A DNA stretch of 62,975 nt, the filler included, from Conidiobolus incongruus B7586 (lineage: Eukaryota): NCBI GenBank assembly GCA_000697335.1. It is 6 parts of 6 records of this genome, joined end to end, with 100 filler letters (N's around TTAATTAATTAA, not from the genome) between each part and the next. Parts side by side here need not be neighbours in the genome. Positions count along the whole stretch, not along the records: positions 12,577 to 21,038 come from JNEM01006211.1; positions 21,139 to 38,228 come from JNEM01006214.1; 4 more parts are not named here. The stretch is one strand, 5' to 3'. The first letter of the stretch is position 1. Each line of letters opens with the position of its first letter. Positions 12,577 through 26,842 of the stretch are shown piece after piece. Position numbers and translations under genes: made by a program. Under the pieces are notes generated by a model. The model was not told where the DNA came from, ran no database searches, and saw only the letters and a list, made by a program, of their open reading frames with translations.

Positions 12577-15500
12577 GGATGCATTTAACGACAAGAACCT
12601 TGCGTAAAGCATTGACGACAGGATTACTAGAATCTTCACTCTCCCAACATTCTGGAACAAGGTTCAAATCACCATTAGTATCATTGACAAAATCAGTCCA
12701 TGCGTCAACATTGTTATTAACATGGAAAATGACATTAGAGAAAGATGGAACCTTGGAAAGACTGACAATAGCTTGGGCCATTTCTTCAGTGAAGAGACCT
12801 TGAGGGAATTTGTCAATTTCAGAGTTCTTAGACAAAATAACATCACTTCCTCCAGTAAGGAAATCATATTCAGAATCGTCAACTTGGTTAGGAGTATTCT
12901 TAATTCTGATTTGGGCAAGGAGAGTAGCGAAAACAATGTGATCATGGTGAAGCAGTGTTAATGAAGTTCTACGATAAGTTTCAGTGAATAAATCTCGCGT
13001 TAAGATATCAAGTCTTTGGCTTTGATCAGTGATACCCTTCAGGTTAGGATTTTCAGGATTGATAACATAGTTAAAGATATCGTAGAAGAAATCAAGTGAA
13101 AATTGGTAAAAATGGTTGAGGAGATTGAGTTGATCCATGACGAAGAATAAAGAGCTGCACGATTGGGCCAATGGTGTGTAGATAGCAGTAACCGCTTCGA
13201 CTTCTTGCATGATAGTATCAGTCTCCTCAACTTTTTGAGTGACTTCGGCAGCTTCTTTCTTGAGAGTTTCAAGAGTTTCAATGACGTTATCATCATCAAG
13301 TATATTGCCTTTAGATTCACTGAGAGCTTGAAGTAATGACTTTTCGAGATGGCGCAGACGCAAGCGGAATTCACCTTGTAATTTGATGAGATCAGATCGC
13401 TTTTGATCAGTCTCAGGACTTTCACTCTTAAGAACCTTGTTCAAGCATTGTACTTGTAAACTGCCCTTAGTGACAGTGAAATTAACAAAAGTAACTCTAC
13501 TGCAGACATCAGGAGGGAAGTTGACAGAAGGATCTCTAGTAGATAAGAAAAGAGTGAATGAAGGTGAGAAATCGATATCCTGGCCACCTAAGCGAATTAA
13601 TACACGACCTCCAGTACGACGCAATTCTCTGTTGAGAACAGGGTTGATAATAGGATCTAAGTTTTCAACGTCTTGAATAAGTAAGGGGTTACCAAATCTG
13701 AGAGCACTTTCAAGATTCTTCAAGAAAGCATCATCTAAGAAACTAGTAACAGTAATCTTTTGATCCTTGTATTTGTTAGCCAAGAAAGCAGTAGCTTGAC
13801 CTGAAGGATCAATAATCAAGGGGTAACGGTTGAATCTCTTCAACATGATAGCGTTTTCAATACACAAATCATCAGCTGGTAAAGAGTCTGCTTGCCATGA
13901 TAGACGTTCATCAGCAGTTGATAGATATTCAGTGAGAGAAATATCTTGCTTGAACTGAATACCTGAACGGATTAGATGGCTAGTCCATTTGTTAAATAAA
14001 ATTTCACGATATTGCTGATCGAAATAACCACCATAAGCCATATATGCCGAAGAAAGCAATACATCACCAACAATAGTAGCCATTTGTGTATCAAAAGCCT
14101 GACTTGAAGCTTCCCAACGCTCCTTTTCAGAAGACAAGCTGGAAAGAAGTGTCAAACTACGATCAACTTTAGATTTGACTCTCTCCATTTCGGATTTGAT
14201 GGCTTGAGTTTCGCTAATTAAAACAGCGTATTCTTCTTTATAAACAGCAATACTGCTTTCTAATTCAGCAACCATCTTTTCCATTTTAGAAGCCATAATT
14301 TGAGTTTCTTCAGCACTCTTTTCGAGTTCTTCAACTTCCTTACGGAGAGGACCAACTTTATCGAGGATGGAAGCAAAGTTAACTTGGGCAATAGTCCATT
14401 GAACTAATGGTCCACAAGCCTTGGAAGCACGGTTCATGGTTTCAAAGTTAAAATTGGGATTACTCAAATACTCCTTATTCATCTTATCTCTAATCGCTTT
14501 AGTGATCTTGGTATTGGTGTCAAAGTTTTCAATAGATGAAATAAAGTCATCACGGCGAAGTACACCTTGGACAGTCTTCCAACTATCAATTTTGTGACCC
14601 AATAAAATGCATACTGCTTCCATACACAATTTGACTGGAGCAGGAGGATTGGCCATAGATCTGACTTCGGTAAGATGTTGTTTCTTGATATTTCTGACAC
14701 TGTTTTGAGCTTCAATGACAGCTGGTTCAGCTTTAGCCAAATCTTCCATGACAATAGTCTTGCGCTCGGCAATAGCTTTGTTTTTAACCTCAAGTTCGCT
14801 TTGAATCTTAATGGTCTCAGCTTTCTTTTGTTCGGCTTCTTGTTGATCAGCAACCATCTTCTTAAGCTTTTCATTAGCTTCAACATTTTTAGCTTCAAGT
14901 TCAGTTTTCTTGACGGCCAAACTCTTTCTTAGTTCTTCAACCTTGACGACAGTATCCTTCAATTTGTCCAAACCAATATTTAAGTGACGCTGCTGCTCTT
15001 CAAGATCATCACGTTTTTCGTGGTATAATTTCACATAATGGTTAATGAAATCCAAGTAATGTCTAGGAGTAACATGGTTGTGACGGCCTTGACGCTTACT
15101 TAATTTAGCATTAATTTCATACAAGGTTTGATGAATGTATACAAAAGCATTGACAACCAATTCTCTATGACTTGCAGGAAGTGAAAGGCCTGAATAAACA
15201 ATTTGGGCTTCAGTAGGGCATTCGAAATTTTGTAAATCAAGATCCAAGTTATGAGTAAATTCACTACCAACCTGGAAGAAGGCCTGATCTGACCAATCAC
15301 CAAACCAGTCCAGTACACAACGATTGAACAAGGCAGGAGAAGTTGCGGCACGGGAAGCCAAGCCACCTTCGGGGGGGTTCATTGTGAAGACAACGTGAAG
15401 ATTCTTCATAACTTGTTGTGTGAACCACTTGTATAATTCATCACCACTATCAAGCATTAGACCTTCCTTAGAAGCAGCTTCTTTACATTGTGTCATTAAT

Positions 15501-18500
15501 GATGAATATTCATCGCCTTCGAACAGACCTGGAACTTCGGCATTGGCAAGCAAGGTATTCATACGTTCTAAGAAACCGGAATCGAGGACGTTAGATTCAT
15601 CCATAATGAAACAAATCTTTTCACCCTTGCAACCAGCTCTTCTGAGCACAGTTCTGAGATCTTCATCGAAATCATCACCAGTATACTTGTTGTGGGCTTT
15701 AATTTGGAATACACTTAAACCGTTCATCCAAGCAACAAATCTTGAAAGAGTGGTTTTACCACTTCCACTAACACCAATAAGTAACAAGTGACCTTGCATT
15801 TGGCGGAAGACACGGTCAATTCTGAGAACATGGTCAAGTACATCATTGAAAAGAACCAAAGGAACATCAAGTTCTTCTTCATAGAAAACTTTGAGACGAG
15901 CTTTAGTGTAATCTCTAAGCTCTTCACGAGAAACTGGAATATAATGCTTACTTAACCAGTTGGAGAAGAGAATAGGTCTTGCTAAGGCTTCTTCCTTATC
16001 CAATTGAGGGAAGTGTTTCATAGCAATTTCATCAATGGCATCATCAGTCCATTTACGTTCTTCATCAGTAACTAAACGATCTTGGAACAAACGAAGTGCT
16101 TCATGAGCCCAGATACGAATTAAGCCTTCCAATGAAAGAGTTTCCATGGGTTTAATGGCTTCGTAAATACCTCTCATCCATCTGGTTAATTCACGAGGAG
16201 AGTAGATATAATGAGCTTGAATATCTGGGGTAAATCGTTTCTGCGAAGCCAAATAGAGATCGACCATAGCAGCAGTCAAAGCCTGGGTATGACCACGAAG
16301 CTCGGGAACAACCTTTAACATGGCTCTAGCAAATGTAGAGTAAATCTGGTTGAGTGAAATCTCACCAGGATAATCTACCATAACTAAGGGAGCGTGACGC
16401 ATGAAACGATGAGATAAAGGAACACGACCAGGATCAGTAGGTGGATTACAAGCGCCAACAAATTGAATACGTTCTAATTGAACCCAGGATTTGTCAGAAG
16501 TTCTCCAATAACCACCATGTTCAATTAGCTGTCTCAAGAAAGAGATAACACGTTGAGTACCATACTTGTCAGTAGCGGGCAAATTGATTTCATCACAGAA
16601 TACAACTAGCCATCTACCTAACATGGTAGGTGACAAGAGAACACCATTAGGGGTCTTACGATATTCACAATATTGCTCAAATGTTTTCATAATTAATTCA
16701 GGTGTAGTAGCACTTGAGAAGTTAAGACCGACGACTTCCATATCAGGCAACTTACGAAGGGCACTAAATAAAGTCATAGTCTTACCAGAGCCGGGAGGAC
16801 CACAGAGAAGAAGAGGTTTGTGTTCAGAAAGCCAACTGTACAATACTTCTTCATGTCTAACTGTATCAATAGTAGGAACAACAACATCGGCTTGTGAAAC
16901 AGTGTGAGTTTCAATTTCGATAGTAGGGACCTTGGTTTGCCATAGTACCCATTCACCATCGTTGATAGAAACATCATAGTCAATGATAGAGCCTCCAGCT
17001 TCTAGAACAGGCATGTCTACAGTAGTAATGCCTCTGACAAAATCACCTAATTCAGCACGATAATCCAATTTAGAATCACCTGAGAAACTCCAAACGATAG
17101 AAAGAATCAATTTTCTGACAATATAATTTTCAAAATGATCACCGGTCATTGGGAAATCTGGGTGTTGATTATTATAGGTGATAATGTTGCGAACAGCCTT
17201 ATTAATCAAAGAAAAGAGAGTATTGAGAGCTCTCATAGGTGTAAAATCCATGATGTGGGTAAGAGTAGAGGCGTGATCTAGGCATTTGGCTACTAAGTTA
17301 CCTTCTTGGAAGAATGGTTCTAATAATTTGACACAAGCAAGTTGAGTAGCCATTCTACTAGAGGTAGAATCAGTGCTATCTACACCGCCATCATCATCAC
17401 CTTCTCCGCTAAGGGGAACTGTAGACAAAGTTTGGAGATAGTTGGAGAATAACATTGGAAGTGTGACAATATCATCACTGAACCAAACCATACCACAACG
17501 ACTGACAGTAGCAAGGGTAGCATATTGTAAATTCTCAACTTCAAACATAACGCGAACATTAGGTGGCAAATTAAGACGTTCACCATTAGGTAAAGTAAGC
17601 AATCTATTATCATCCAATACACTGTTCAAGTTTTCTACCCATTCAGGATCGACATCACCATCAAAGATGATCCAGTGACGTTTAAGATTTTCACCACGAA
17701 CATTATCCAAAATCTTACGTAAAATATGAGTAAACAAACCATCAGTCCATTCTCTGGTAGTTGGATCTAAGGAACCGTAAAGAGCTTCTTTGGACATGGC
17801 TTTAGGATCGATGACGTAAGGAACACCTTCAACGTTTTCAACTCGTTCTAAAGCAGTTAAAAGTACTTGCCAAGCAACTGATTTACCACTACCAGAAGGT
17901 CCAACCATCATGAGACCGTGGTGAATATTTTGAATCTGATACAATTGGATAACCTTTTCTAACCAAGCTTCTTCGACAACCAATCTACGTTCTTGACAGA
18001 CTTGATGGATAGCTTCCTTCAATTTGTCTAAATCGACAGGGCAGTATTCAACACCAGGGAAGACATCGGACATCAAACTCTTAAGAAGAGGAATATCATC
18101 AGAAACCAACTTGGGAACTAATGTTTCTCTGACACTCTGAATCAAAATTTCTTGTTCAGGGAGACCTTCAGAAATACTGGAAAGAGATTCCGGAGATTCA
18201 CCAGATTCAATAGCTTGTCTCAACTTAGCCAATCTATCACGCTTCAAGTTACCAGCACTAACCAGTACACTCTTCAAAGCACGGAGACCAAAATCATAAT
18301 GAGATTGTGGAGAGAGCTGTTCTGAACACAGAACAAAGAGGGGTACAACCTTTGAAGCCAATAATTCTGCACTTCTGAAACCTTGAGAGTAAAGCATAAC
18401 TTGGGCAATGAGTTCTCTATCAGGCTTGGTCATAGCCATAGATCTGAACAATTTCTTCAAATTGTCTGGAAGATTAGAACGTCCGGCATAACCGGGATTC

Positions 18501-21038
18501 ATGGTAATGAAAATACCAGTGTCTCCGTGAATCTTTACGCTCTTACCAACCAAATCAATCTCAGTATTAGGATTAGATTGAAGAGATTTCAATCCCAACT
18601 GAATAGTTTGAATTTGTTGTGAAACGGCACTAAGAATCTTTTCTTCCAATCTGTTGAACTCATCAAAACAACCCCAAGCACCAACTTGGCAAAGTCCGAC
18701 GAAAATACGACCCATTGCTTGGAAATCAAAGTTTTCATCACAACAGAATACCAATACAAAACGACCAAGTTGAACACCCAATGCTTTGACAGACTCTGTT
18801 TTACCAGTACCAGCAGGTCCGAAGGGAGAACCACCTAATCTACTCTCTAAAGCTTGAGTCAATGTCAAGTAACAACGATCAGTCAAAGGAGTCTGAACCA
18901 ATCTGTCAGGAACACCGAGATATTCATATCCGTAGAAGAAGTTAGCATTGGCCATCTTGATAACAAGATTATCAACAGCCTTTTCTGCAGAAGGATCAAA
19001 GTAGAATCTCATTTGATAAAGCCAGTTGAAATCCTTAGGGTTGATCACCTTGTTTTTTATGAGTAAACGAATCACATCTCTTTGATGGACTAATTCAGTG
19101 ATCAAATGTTCACACTTCTTACGCTTGGTTACGTGCAAATCAGTCAATACAGTATCAGCAAGAACTGTTAAACCTCGTTCAACCAAGCTAGAGGGGTAAT
19201 CAAAGTGACTTAAATTATTAACGTCACCTGAAGATTTCTCCAAGGATTCTTCAACAGTTTTAGTCCAAATATATTGTAAAGCGAGAACAACGAGTTGAGC
19301 AGGGTATTTATCAATCCATTGAATAAATGCTTCAGCAGATAAATCTTGAGCCAAGTAAATTTGCTTGATTTCGTTAATCGAATCAGCTAACAAAAGTGCC
19401 AAGGTATTCTTCATTTCTTTTTCAAGCAACGTCAACCAATCATTGATACGAGGATTGTCTTTAATAGAAACAGGCTTTTTGAAGATAACTTCTTCACCTT
19501 CTTTGGAAGCCATACCCAATATTTCTGTAGCTTCGGGGCTTAGGATGATATTTGCAATACCAGCAAACATCTTCTTGAAATGCTTTTGAATTCTGACGAC
19601 ATCCTTGCTATTACCAATAATTTCTAGAAGATCTTCGTCACCAACAAAGTAGAAACGAGGGAAAGAAGATCTTTCTTTTTCCAAATATTCACCAAGAGCT
19701 TTTTGGATTTTGCTCAACAAATCTTTCAATCTTTCCAAAGATTTCAAAATATTGGGAATGTTGAGGACGTCAAGAACGAAAGGAGCCTTGTATACCTTCT
19801 TCATCACAGCCAAGAATTCAGTATTAATATTTTGAAATCTAGAAGTTTCCATAGGAAGAAGATGCTTGATGTCAGCACTTCCAGTAAAGATTCCTTCCAA
19901 ATAAACCCATTGACGTTGAACATCAATCCAAACATCAAAGAAGAGAACATGTATACGATTCAACTTGTCTTCCCATCCTGAAGCTTCTTCTTCAAATACT
20001 TTATAATATGGAGACATCTTCATAGCAGTCAAAGAGTTGAGATTTTCGCTACATTTGGCCATCAACTCGTCCCATCCCTTGATTAAGCGACATTTGTTTT
20101 GATAATTAACCAATTCGAGAGAATACCCAGTCCAAGTTTCTCTCACTTGTCTTAAGAATTCTTCCAAAGCCATTTCACCTTGAGCAACAACGATGACTTC
20201 TCTAACAATAGATTCGTTTTTCTTGAGATCGAGATCCCAAAGGTTACCCAAAGTCATTTCACTCAATAAAAATTTACCTTCAACTTTAAGAAGTTTGAAC
20301 AGATTCTTCCAATGACGCTCTCTCAAAGCTTCAGATTTCAAATCACCCAAAAGTAAATTGATTTTGAGGTAAGATTTCAAGGTATCTTGGATGTATTCAA
20401 AAGCAGCATATTGTCTCATTCGGCTTGGCATTTGGTTGGTTTCATTGAGTAACTGATCTAAACTTTGACGAATTTTACGAGGGACAACAGAGGCCCAAGG
20501 AATATCACGAACTTCGAACAAAGTACCCCATACTTTGGATAAAGCAATCCATACAGCTTTAAGGTCTTGTAATTCTTCCAAGATAGGATCCAAGCGGTCG
20601 TCCGTAGTAGAAGCAAGGTCCAAGGCTTCCTTAGCTTGACTTACTTGAACAAACTCTTGTTTTAGTCTGGTAAGTCTACCTTCAAAGATGCTCAAAGTAT
20701 TATTAGCAATGTCAGGCTTGATATTGCCTTGAATGGGCTTATTCTGATCCCACTCTGCAACAATGTCAGTAATCTTTTGAGCGACAACTTTGTCTTCAGC
20801 AATAATCTTCATTTGCAAGCTAGCGACTTGGTCTTGTATGGATGAGTTTTTACGGCTAAGGATTTCATTGAAAGCACTCCATTCACCATCTACTTGATCC
20901 ACGTACAACCAATCAGAAGGGAATTGATAACGTTGACGTTCCAAAGTCTTTTGACCTTGACGGAAGAGTTCAACATCTGAAGTCCACTTCTTAACCTTAC
21001 GCTTTAAATCTTGAACGAAGGTAATGAAAGTAACAGTT
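12577..21038 (-). CDS. DYN1: Cytoplasmic dynein heavy chain (internal fragment, both ends cut by gaps)
   Basis: About 2800 uninterrupted codons with four P-loops ([32 protein letters not shown]), [10 protein letters not shown], stalk coiled coil/MTBD and AAA5. Confidence 0.99.
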
Positions 21039-21138
21039 NNNNNNNNNNNNNNNNNNNNNNNNNNNNNNNNNNNNNNNNNNNNTTAATTAATTAANNNNNN
21101 NNNNNNNNNNNNNNNNNNNNNNNNNNNNNNNNNNNNNN

Positions 21139-21803
21139 AAGTTTTTACAGTAAATATTTAAAATTAATAAATCTTCAATTCTTTTATATAATCTTTTACT
21201 TAAAAATAAAATAAAATATTAAGTTAAATTATCTTTTTTATAAATTTTAATAAATAAATATTTTAAATATAAGTAAATATTAATTGTTATAATAAATTAT
21301 AATAGTATATAGTTTTTTTATTTAATACTTTAAAGAAAATTAATTAATAATAAGTTATATATTACCTTTTTAAATAAAACAATTTTTAAATAATATTTTT
21401 AATATAAATTAAAAACACATTATTTTACATAATAATTATAAATATATTAAATTAAAACTATAAAAGATTTTTTAAATAAAAAAAATAAAAGGAGTTACTA
21501 TATCTAATATATTCACTTAATTATAACCTATATGATTATAATTGTTTTAAACAATTAAAAAACAGCTTACAAGAAAAAAAATTCCTGTAAACAAATTAAA
21601 TTAATTTATAAAATATCAAATTTTAATCTTTAATAAAAAGAATTATTTTTAAATATTAAAAGCTTACTAAAAATATAAAAAAGAGTTATTAATAATATAA
21701 CAAGCTATTAATTTTATATTATTTATTAATTTTTATATATTATTTATTAATTTATTTGTTTAATTTCAATCTTAAAATTGTGCCATTATTTAATTTCTAC
21801 ACT
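21139..21803 (+). repeat. Unclassified AT-rich interspersed repeat (family 2)
   Basis: Aligns with 9721-10355. Its last ~247 bp are the reverse complement of 37982-38228. Terminus aattgtgccattatttaatttctacacta. Confidence 0.85.
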
Positions 21804-21906
21804 AATATTAATTAACTCCTGGATAATAAAATATCTTGAATAAATGAATTCAATTCCAAAATTGAGAATTTGAGAAAATTTATAAAAAATTTCATTTCCA
21901 AAATAA

Positions 21907-22820
21907 TCAATCTTTTCCCTCAATTCCAACTAATACAAATCTCCCTCCCCCTCTTGAGTAATCATAAACTGGAAAAATACTTGAAAGTGCAGCGTCTAGC
22001 GAACACGTCGAATATGTCAAAGGTCTTGCATAGTTGATTAAACACTGTTTGATGGTGGCGTCTGTGAGTGCAATAGCAACGTAGTTACTGAGCACTCTCC
22101 CGAATGCAATAAGACGGAAGCACACTTCGCGGATTCTGTTTCTCAAAATTCTGCACATAGACCACGGCAGGAAGGACGTCGAACTCCGACGGAGTGAGCT
22201 TCATGAGCGATCAGATGGAAATGATTGGATTTGCAAATATCGAGTAATTCTACCAGTGACGCAGTATCGTCCTCCATCGAGTGGACATCTTCTACAACTA
22301 TGAATACCTGAATATCCTTAGTTAAATAATTTTAATGACTCGCTTTAATATTATTCACAATCTCCATAAAATGGTCCAAATTATTATGTCTAGAGCTGAA
22401 CTGATTCCTACACTTACTCAAGTTCAACCCATCATGAACACTCGCATTGGTCAACTTGTAGATAATATAATTTCTAGGCTGCAAACGACATCCGAAAATT
22501 CTCAAGTTAGCAATGCACCTATTATTAAAGATCAAACCAGTGTCACTATCCTGAAACTTGGCAATGTTGATTTCTAGCGAGTTGATGTAGTAGTGATTGC
22601 CATTCAACAGTCTCGAACAAAAATTCCGAACTCTTCCAGTTAGTCAAATGATATTACTTAATCAACTCTTGCAACAGCGAATTGTCAGTAGCCAGTCCTA
22701 AATAATCGTCGGACAAACAATCATACTGATCTTTTTTTGAAAGTTAGTTTTCTCCAAGTACCAACTCATGACCTCTTTTATAATAGGTTTTTGAGTTTTT
22801 TTTTCAAGTGTGATTGTCAT
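21907..22820 (-). pseudogene. bioF: 8-amino-7-oxononanoate synthase (BioF, PLP class II) pseudogene
   Basis: Colinear decayed motifs: DCLSDDYLGLA (DFSSNDYLGL), SRLLNGN, IIYKLTNASVHDG (IIYDELIHASVHDG), RHNNLDH, IVVEDVHSMEDD (VESVYSMDGD), IAHEAHSVGV (VDEAHATGV), AFGRVL (TFGKA, catalytic Lys lost), LINYARPLTYST. Stops and frameshifts throughout. Confidence 0.85.
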
Positions 22821-23057
22821 TTGTAATCAATTTCAAATTTGAAATTGAAATGAAAATTAAAATGAATAATTATCTTTTTAATACTATATCATTTTTAGTT
22901 GTTAAATAGTAAATTTAATAATATTAATTTATACCTGATTGATCAATAAATAAATTAAAAAGTACTTAATGATATTATTAAAATTATAATAAAAATATTA
23001 TATCATATAATTTATAAATATATCATCTCCTAATTAATTAAATAATCTATAATTTTA

Positions 23058-25139
23058 TTAAATATTCAATTTCAAATAAGCCATCATCTCCATATACTTA
23101 TCATTATCACTACTATCTAATTTAAATTCGTCGCAATCCTCCAACTGTTCCTCCAAGAATTGCATAGAATCACTAAACTCCCTCATTAGTTCCTGATCCC
23201 TAGTTTTGGACAAAATTTGATAAATCTTATAAGCATAATTGACTAGAATATGATAGCCGTTAAAATAAATAAACGTGGAATGGAGATCTTCGTAACTGCA
23301 TAGGACCAATAAACCGTTGAGGATATCGCTCAAAGGTATGGAGGGTTGGGGTAATTCACTCTCGCATCTAAAGAATATAATTAATTTATAAAGTAATTAA
23401 CAGTAATAAATTTAATAATTACAATGTAATTAATCCCAATATTAAAGGAAACAAACAATTAAAACCTCCCTGATATTTAATATCCACTATTCCCTTCTTA
23501 TTCTCTTTGGAGGTACTCGTACTGGGACTGTCGCCATCGTCGTCTTCATGCTCGAAAGTTTCATTAGAGTCTAAAGTGGATTGTACGAGTGCTTCGTCCT
23601 GGGAAATGTATGTCATCAGTGTTTTGAGTACTAAAATGACCAATTGATTCTGAATCAGTCCTTCGAGATCTGTATTCACATCCTATAAAAATATATGATT
23701 AGAATATGATATACTGTTACATATAGATATTACAATAATATCAATTAACCAATCCAAACAATCCATTCCCGTTTCGAACCACCATTTATTTAATTTTATC
23801 AAGTGATCCGATTTCAAAAATAATGCAGCGTCATCGTCCTCATCGTCCAACAGATTGGAAATGGACCAAATTGTAGTCTTGATCAATTCTAAACAGTTGA
23901 TTAACTTAGGTTGAGGTTTGGGAGGTGATTTCGAGGATCTCAAACTTTCGAGACCAAGGCGGATTTCAATACAACTGAGTTGGATAAGGATGATGAGGAA
24001 TTCGCTGTCAGTTTGGAGCCAGTCGAGTTGGAAGGTTTGAATGAGTTGATTACTGCACATTAGTGTCAGGTCGCGTATTTCAGTTTCTAATAAATTAATT
24101 TTAATACATCGTCAAAATAAATGGATGTTTTTAATCACCTTTCGCTTTCAAACATCTTCTCAATTTTGGAATCAAATCCTTAAATAACAATTTGACAAAT
24201 TCTTCACTAATATTTAATATGTTTAAGACCTAAATTTTATATAAATATTTCAATATATAAATAAATTCTATAAATTACTTCAATTTCAAATGCTTTCCAA
24301 CCATCAGCATAAGATAATAGCCAGTTTTTCTCCAATTCTAATTGACTTAATATATCGAACGATTTGTGATAACTCATTATACTATGATTAAAACATTGTA
24401 CTTTTGTACTTAATGTAATATCCTTATATTTGCAAAATTCCAAAGTTTTAATTCTGTTGAATATTTGATGAATTAAATTAAATAATTGAATGATATTATC
24501 TAAATAAATTATGTTAATAATTTATGATATTAATATATATAGAATTACCTTTATTCTTCAACTGACATTGGTAACCCATAGCAATTTCAACTTGTTTTAA
24601 CAATTCCTCATTTGCAACAATTACCAAACTCTCAAACGAAGCCAATATAGTATTAAATGTTATCTGAATTAAATTATTAATTAATTCATCATCCCTAAAC
24701 CTCTATGAATAAACTCTCTATTATTTAATAGATAATTAATTTACTTTAAAAAGTTATAAATTTTCCAAAGATGAATTAACTGATTATAGCATTGAGATTG
24801 TTGTACCAATTTAGGATAATTAAAAAAATTGGAACAAATGTGAAATGCTAGTTGTATCAACATCAAATCTAAACCCTTATTTATTAACCGACATTCATGA
24901 AATTAATTACTAATATTACCTTGATCCGTCTTTTCTGTCTTACCAACCAATCCCATCAACTGACTAACGAAATTCCAGTCCAAATTATCGAATATTTTAA
25001 ATACTAGGTCAGAGTCCTGAGGGTCTACAATCTTTGGTATTAGGGTAAAACTCACCAACTTGTCACTCAATTTAGAAGATTTTTTAATCGTATTTAAAAT
25101 ATCTAGTAATTTTTGCTCTTTTGTTGTTGATGACGACAT
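23058..25139 (-). CDS. Neurochondrin-like ARM-repeat protein (multi-exon)
   Basis: The ORF-track pieces join through GT-AG introns. N-terminal LSDKLVSFTLIPKIV...IFDNLDWNFVSQLM and internal LIILIQLSCIEIRLGLE resemble neurochondrin (LVNLACVEVRLALE). Confidence 0.7.
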
Positions 25140-26114
25140 TTTTTTAAAGATTTGTTAGAATTTTTTTTTAATTTTTTTATATAATAATAAATTAAAATGA
25201 ATTTAATATTTAAATTAATTTATAAAATTTGATAATTTTAATTATGGGATAAAATTATTTTAAATTTAATTATTATAATTTAAAAATTTGATCTAATTAA
25301 AAATTGATTATTATAATAATTTTATAAATAGAAATTAAATCAATTATTTAATATACAAATTTTATCAATTTTGATATATTTATAATGTCTTAATATTATT
25401 AGATTTAATGATATTAATATTGAAAATGATAGTCAAGTTGAACAATGTACTTAGCCGTTGACATAATTTTCTTAAAAGATTAATAATGGTAAAGATCAAT
25501 ATATTCATATTATTTGAAATTTCAATTCAAAATATAATTCAAGTGATATTATAAAGAATATTAGTTGTTCATTTTGTAATATAAAATTTAAACTAATCAA
25601 TTCTTTTTCAAAATATTACATAATTAAATTCATAATTATTTTTATCATTTTCAAAACACTTGTGCTATAATTATATATGTAGTCACAACCTTCATAAATA
25701 AAATTTAACAATAAATTATTCACAAAGTATCAAACGTGATATTTATTTCAAAAATCATTGTATCTAAAATGATATATATATAAGTATAAAATCGAAATAA
25801 TTAAACTAAATTGATTAAAGTTAAACCAATATTAAAAATAAATTATATCCCATTTTCAATCTCTATTAAATCATTAATATTAAATTTTTATTAAAAAAAT
25901 TAAATTTCTGTAAGAAATTTATGGAATTTTCGAAACAAGCATATGACTTACACAATAAATAAAAATAAATGATCAAAAAGTTAATAAATTAGTAAAAATT
26001 ACTAATTATTGATGTTAAATGGATATTGGTTGGTACAGTTCTTGAATAAAATCATATTCTTTGATATAGTTTAGGATGAATCCTTGAGAAAATCAAAGAG
26101 TATTGATATTGCTG

Positions 26115-26198
26115 TGATCATATGATTGATCATTAAATTGGGAGTGATCAAGCGTTAGATATTGGGAGTTCGGAGTATAAAAAGAATAAAGAGTCAGT
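26115..26198 (+). promoter_or_regulatory. TATA promoter with clustered TGATCA palindromes
   Basis: TGATCA at 26115, 26127 and 26145; ATTGGGAGT twice; TATAAAA at 26176, 77 bp upstream of ATG 26253. Confidence 0.5.
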
Positions 26199-26252
26199 CA
26201 TTAATATTCTTTATATACAATTAATATAATATAATTTAATAACAGATCTAAA

Positions 26253-26540
26253 ATGAAAGCTGGTATCTTTACTCTCTTATTAACTCCCATCTTGGGTGAA
26301 ATCTGGTTAGAAGGAGCTCGCACCGATGGTACTGTCAGTCACATTGGTGGTACTACCGGATGTTTCGGTACTTTCGGTTCCTTCGTCAAGGTGAAGGCCA
26401 GTGCCGGTAGTTTAGCTCTATTCTACGACGACTATGGCTGCAAGGGCAAACAAATCTACGACGTTGTCGAAGGCGAGCACGATTTACCCCGTCCCATCAA
26501 TGCTAAATCTGTTGAAATTTTCGACCTTGGCAACTTATAA
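26253..26540 (+). CDS. Small secreted protein (95 aa, 2 Cys)
   Basis: Signal-peptide-like MKAGIFTLLLTPILG, coding-like GC and codon usage in an AT-rich background, upstream TATA, downstream AATAAA. Confidence 0.85.
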   Translation: MKAGIFTLLLTPILGEIWLEGARTDGTVSHIGGTTGCFGTFGSFVKVKASAGSLALFYDDYGCKGKQIYDVVEGEHDLPRPINAKSVEIFDLGNL

Positions 26541-26842
26541 TCTATTTATTTAATAAATTACTTATCAATTGATTGATTCAATACAATACTCAATATAAGT
26601 TAATATTTATATTTATTGAAGTAGATTTTTAATAATAAGTCTAATCATATTAAAACATAATATGATTTTATGAATTTTTATCAATTATATTCAGTTAATT
26701 TTAACCTAATTGATTTACATTTTCAAAATAAATTAATTTTATTCAATCTCCCATAAATTAAATAACTCAAATTAATATTTTTAATTTCAAAATCAAGTCT
26801 CACACCTCAAAATCTTAATAACTATATTAAAATTGAATAAAA

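Noticed and set aside
12579..19981. Many short alternative-frame and antisense ORFs overlapping dynein (likewise within VPS13, IRE1, MTRR and the 5'-nucleotidase)
   Set aside because: Shadow ORFs produced by codon bias of the real gene; no motifs or independent signals.
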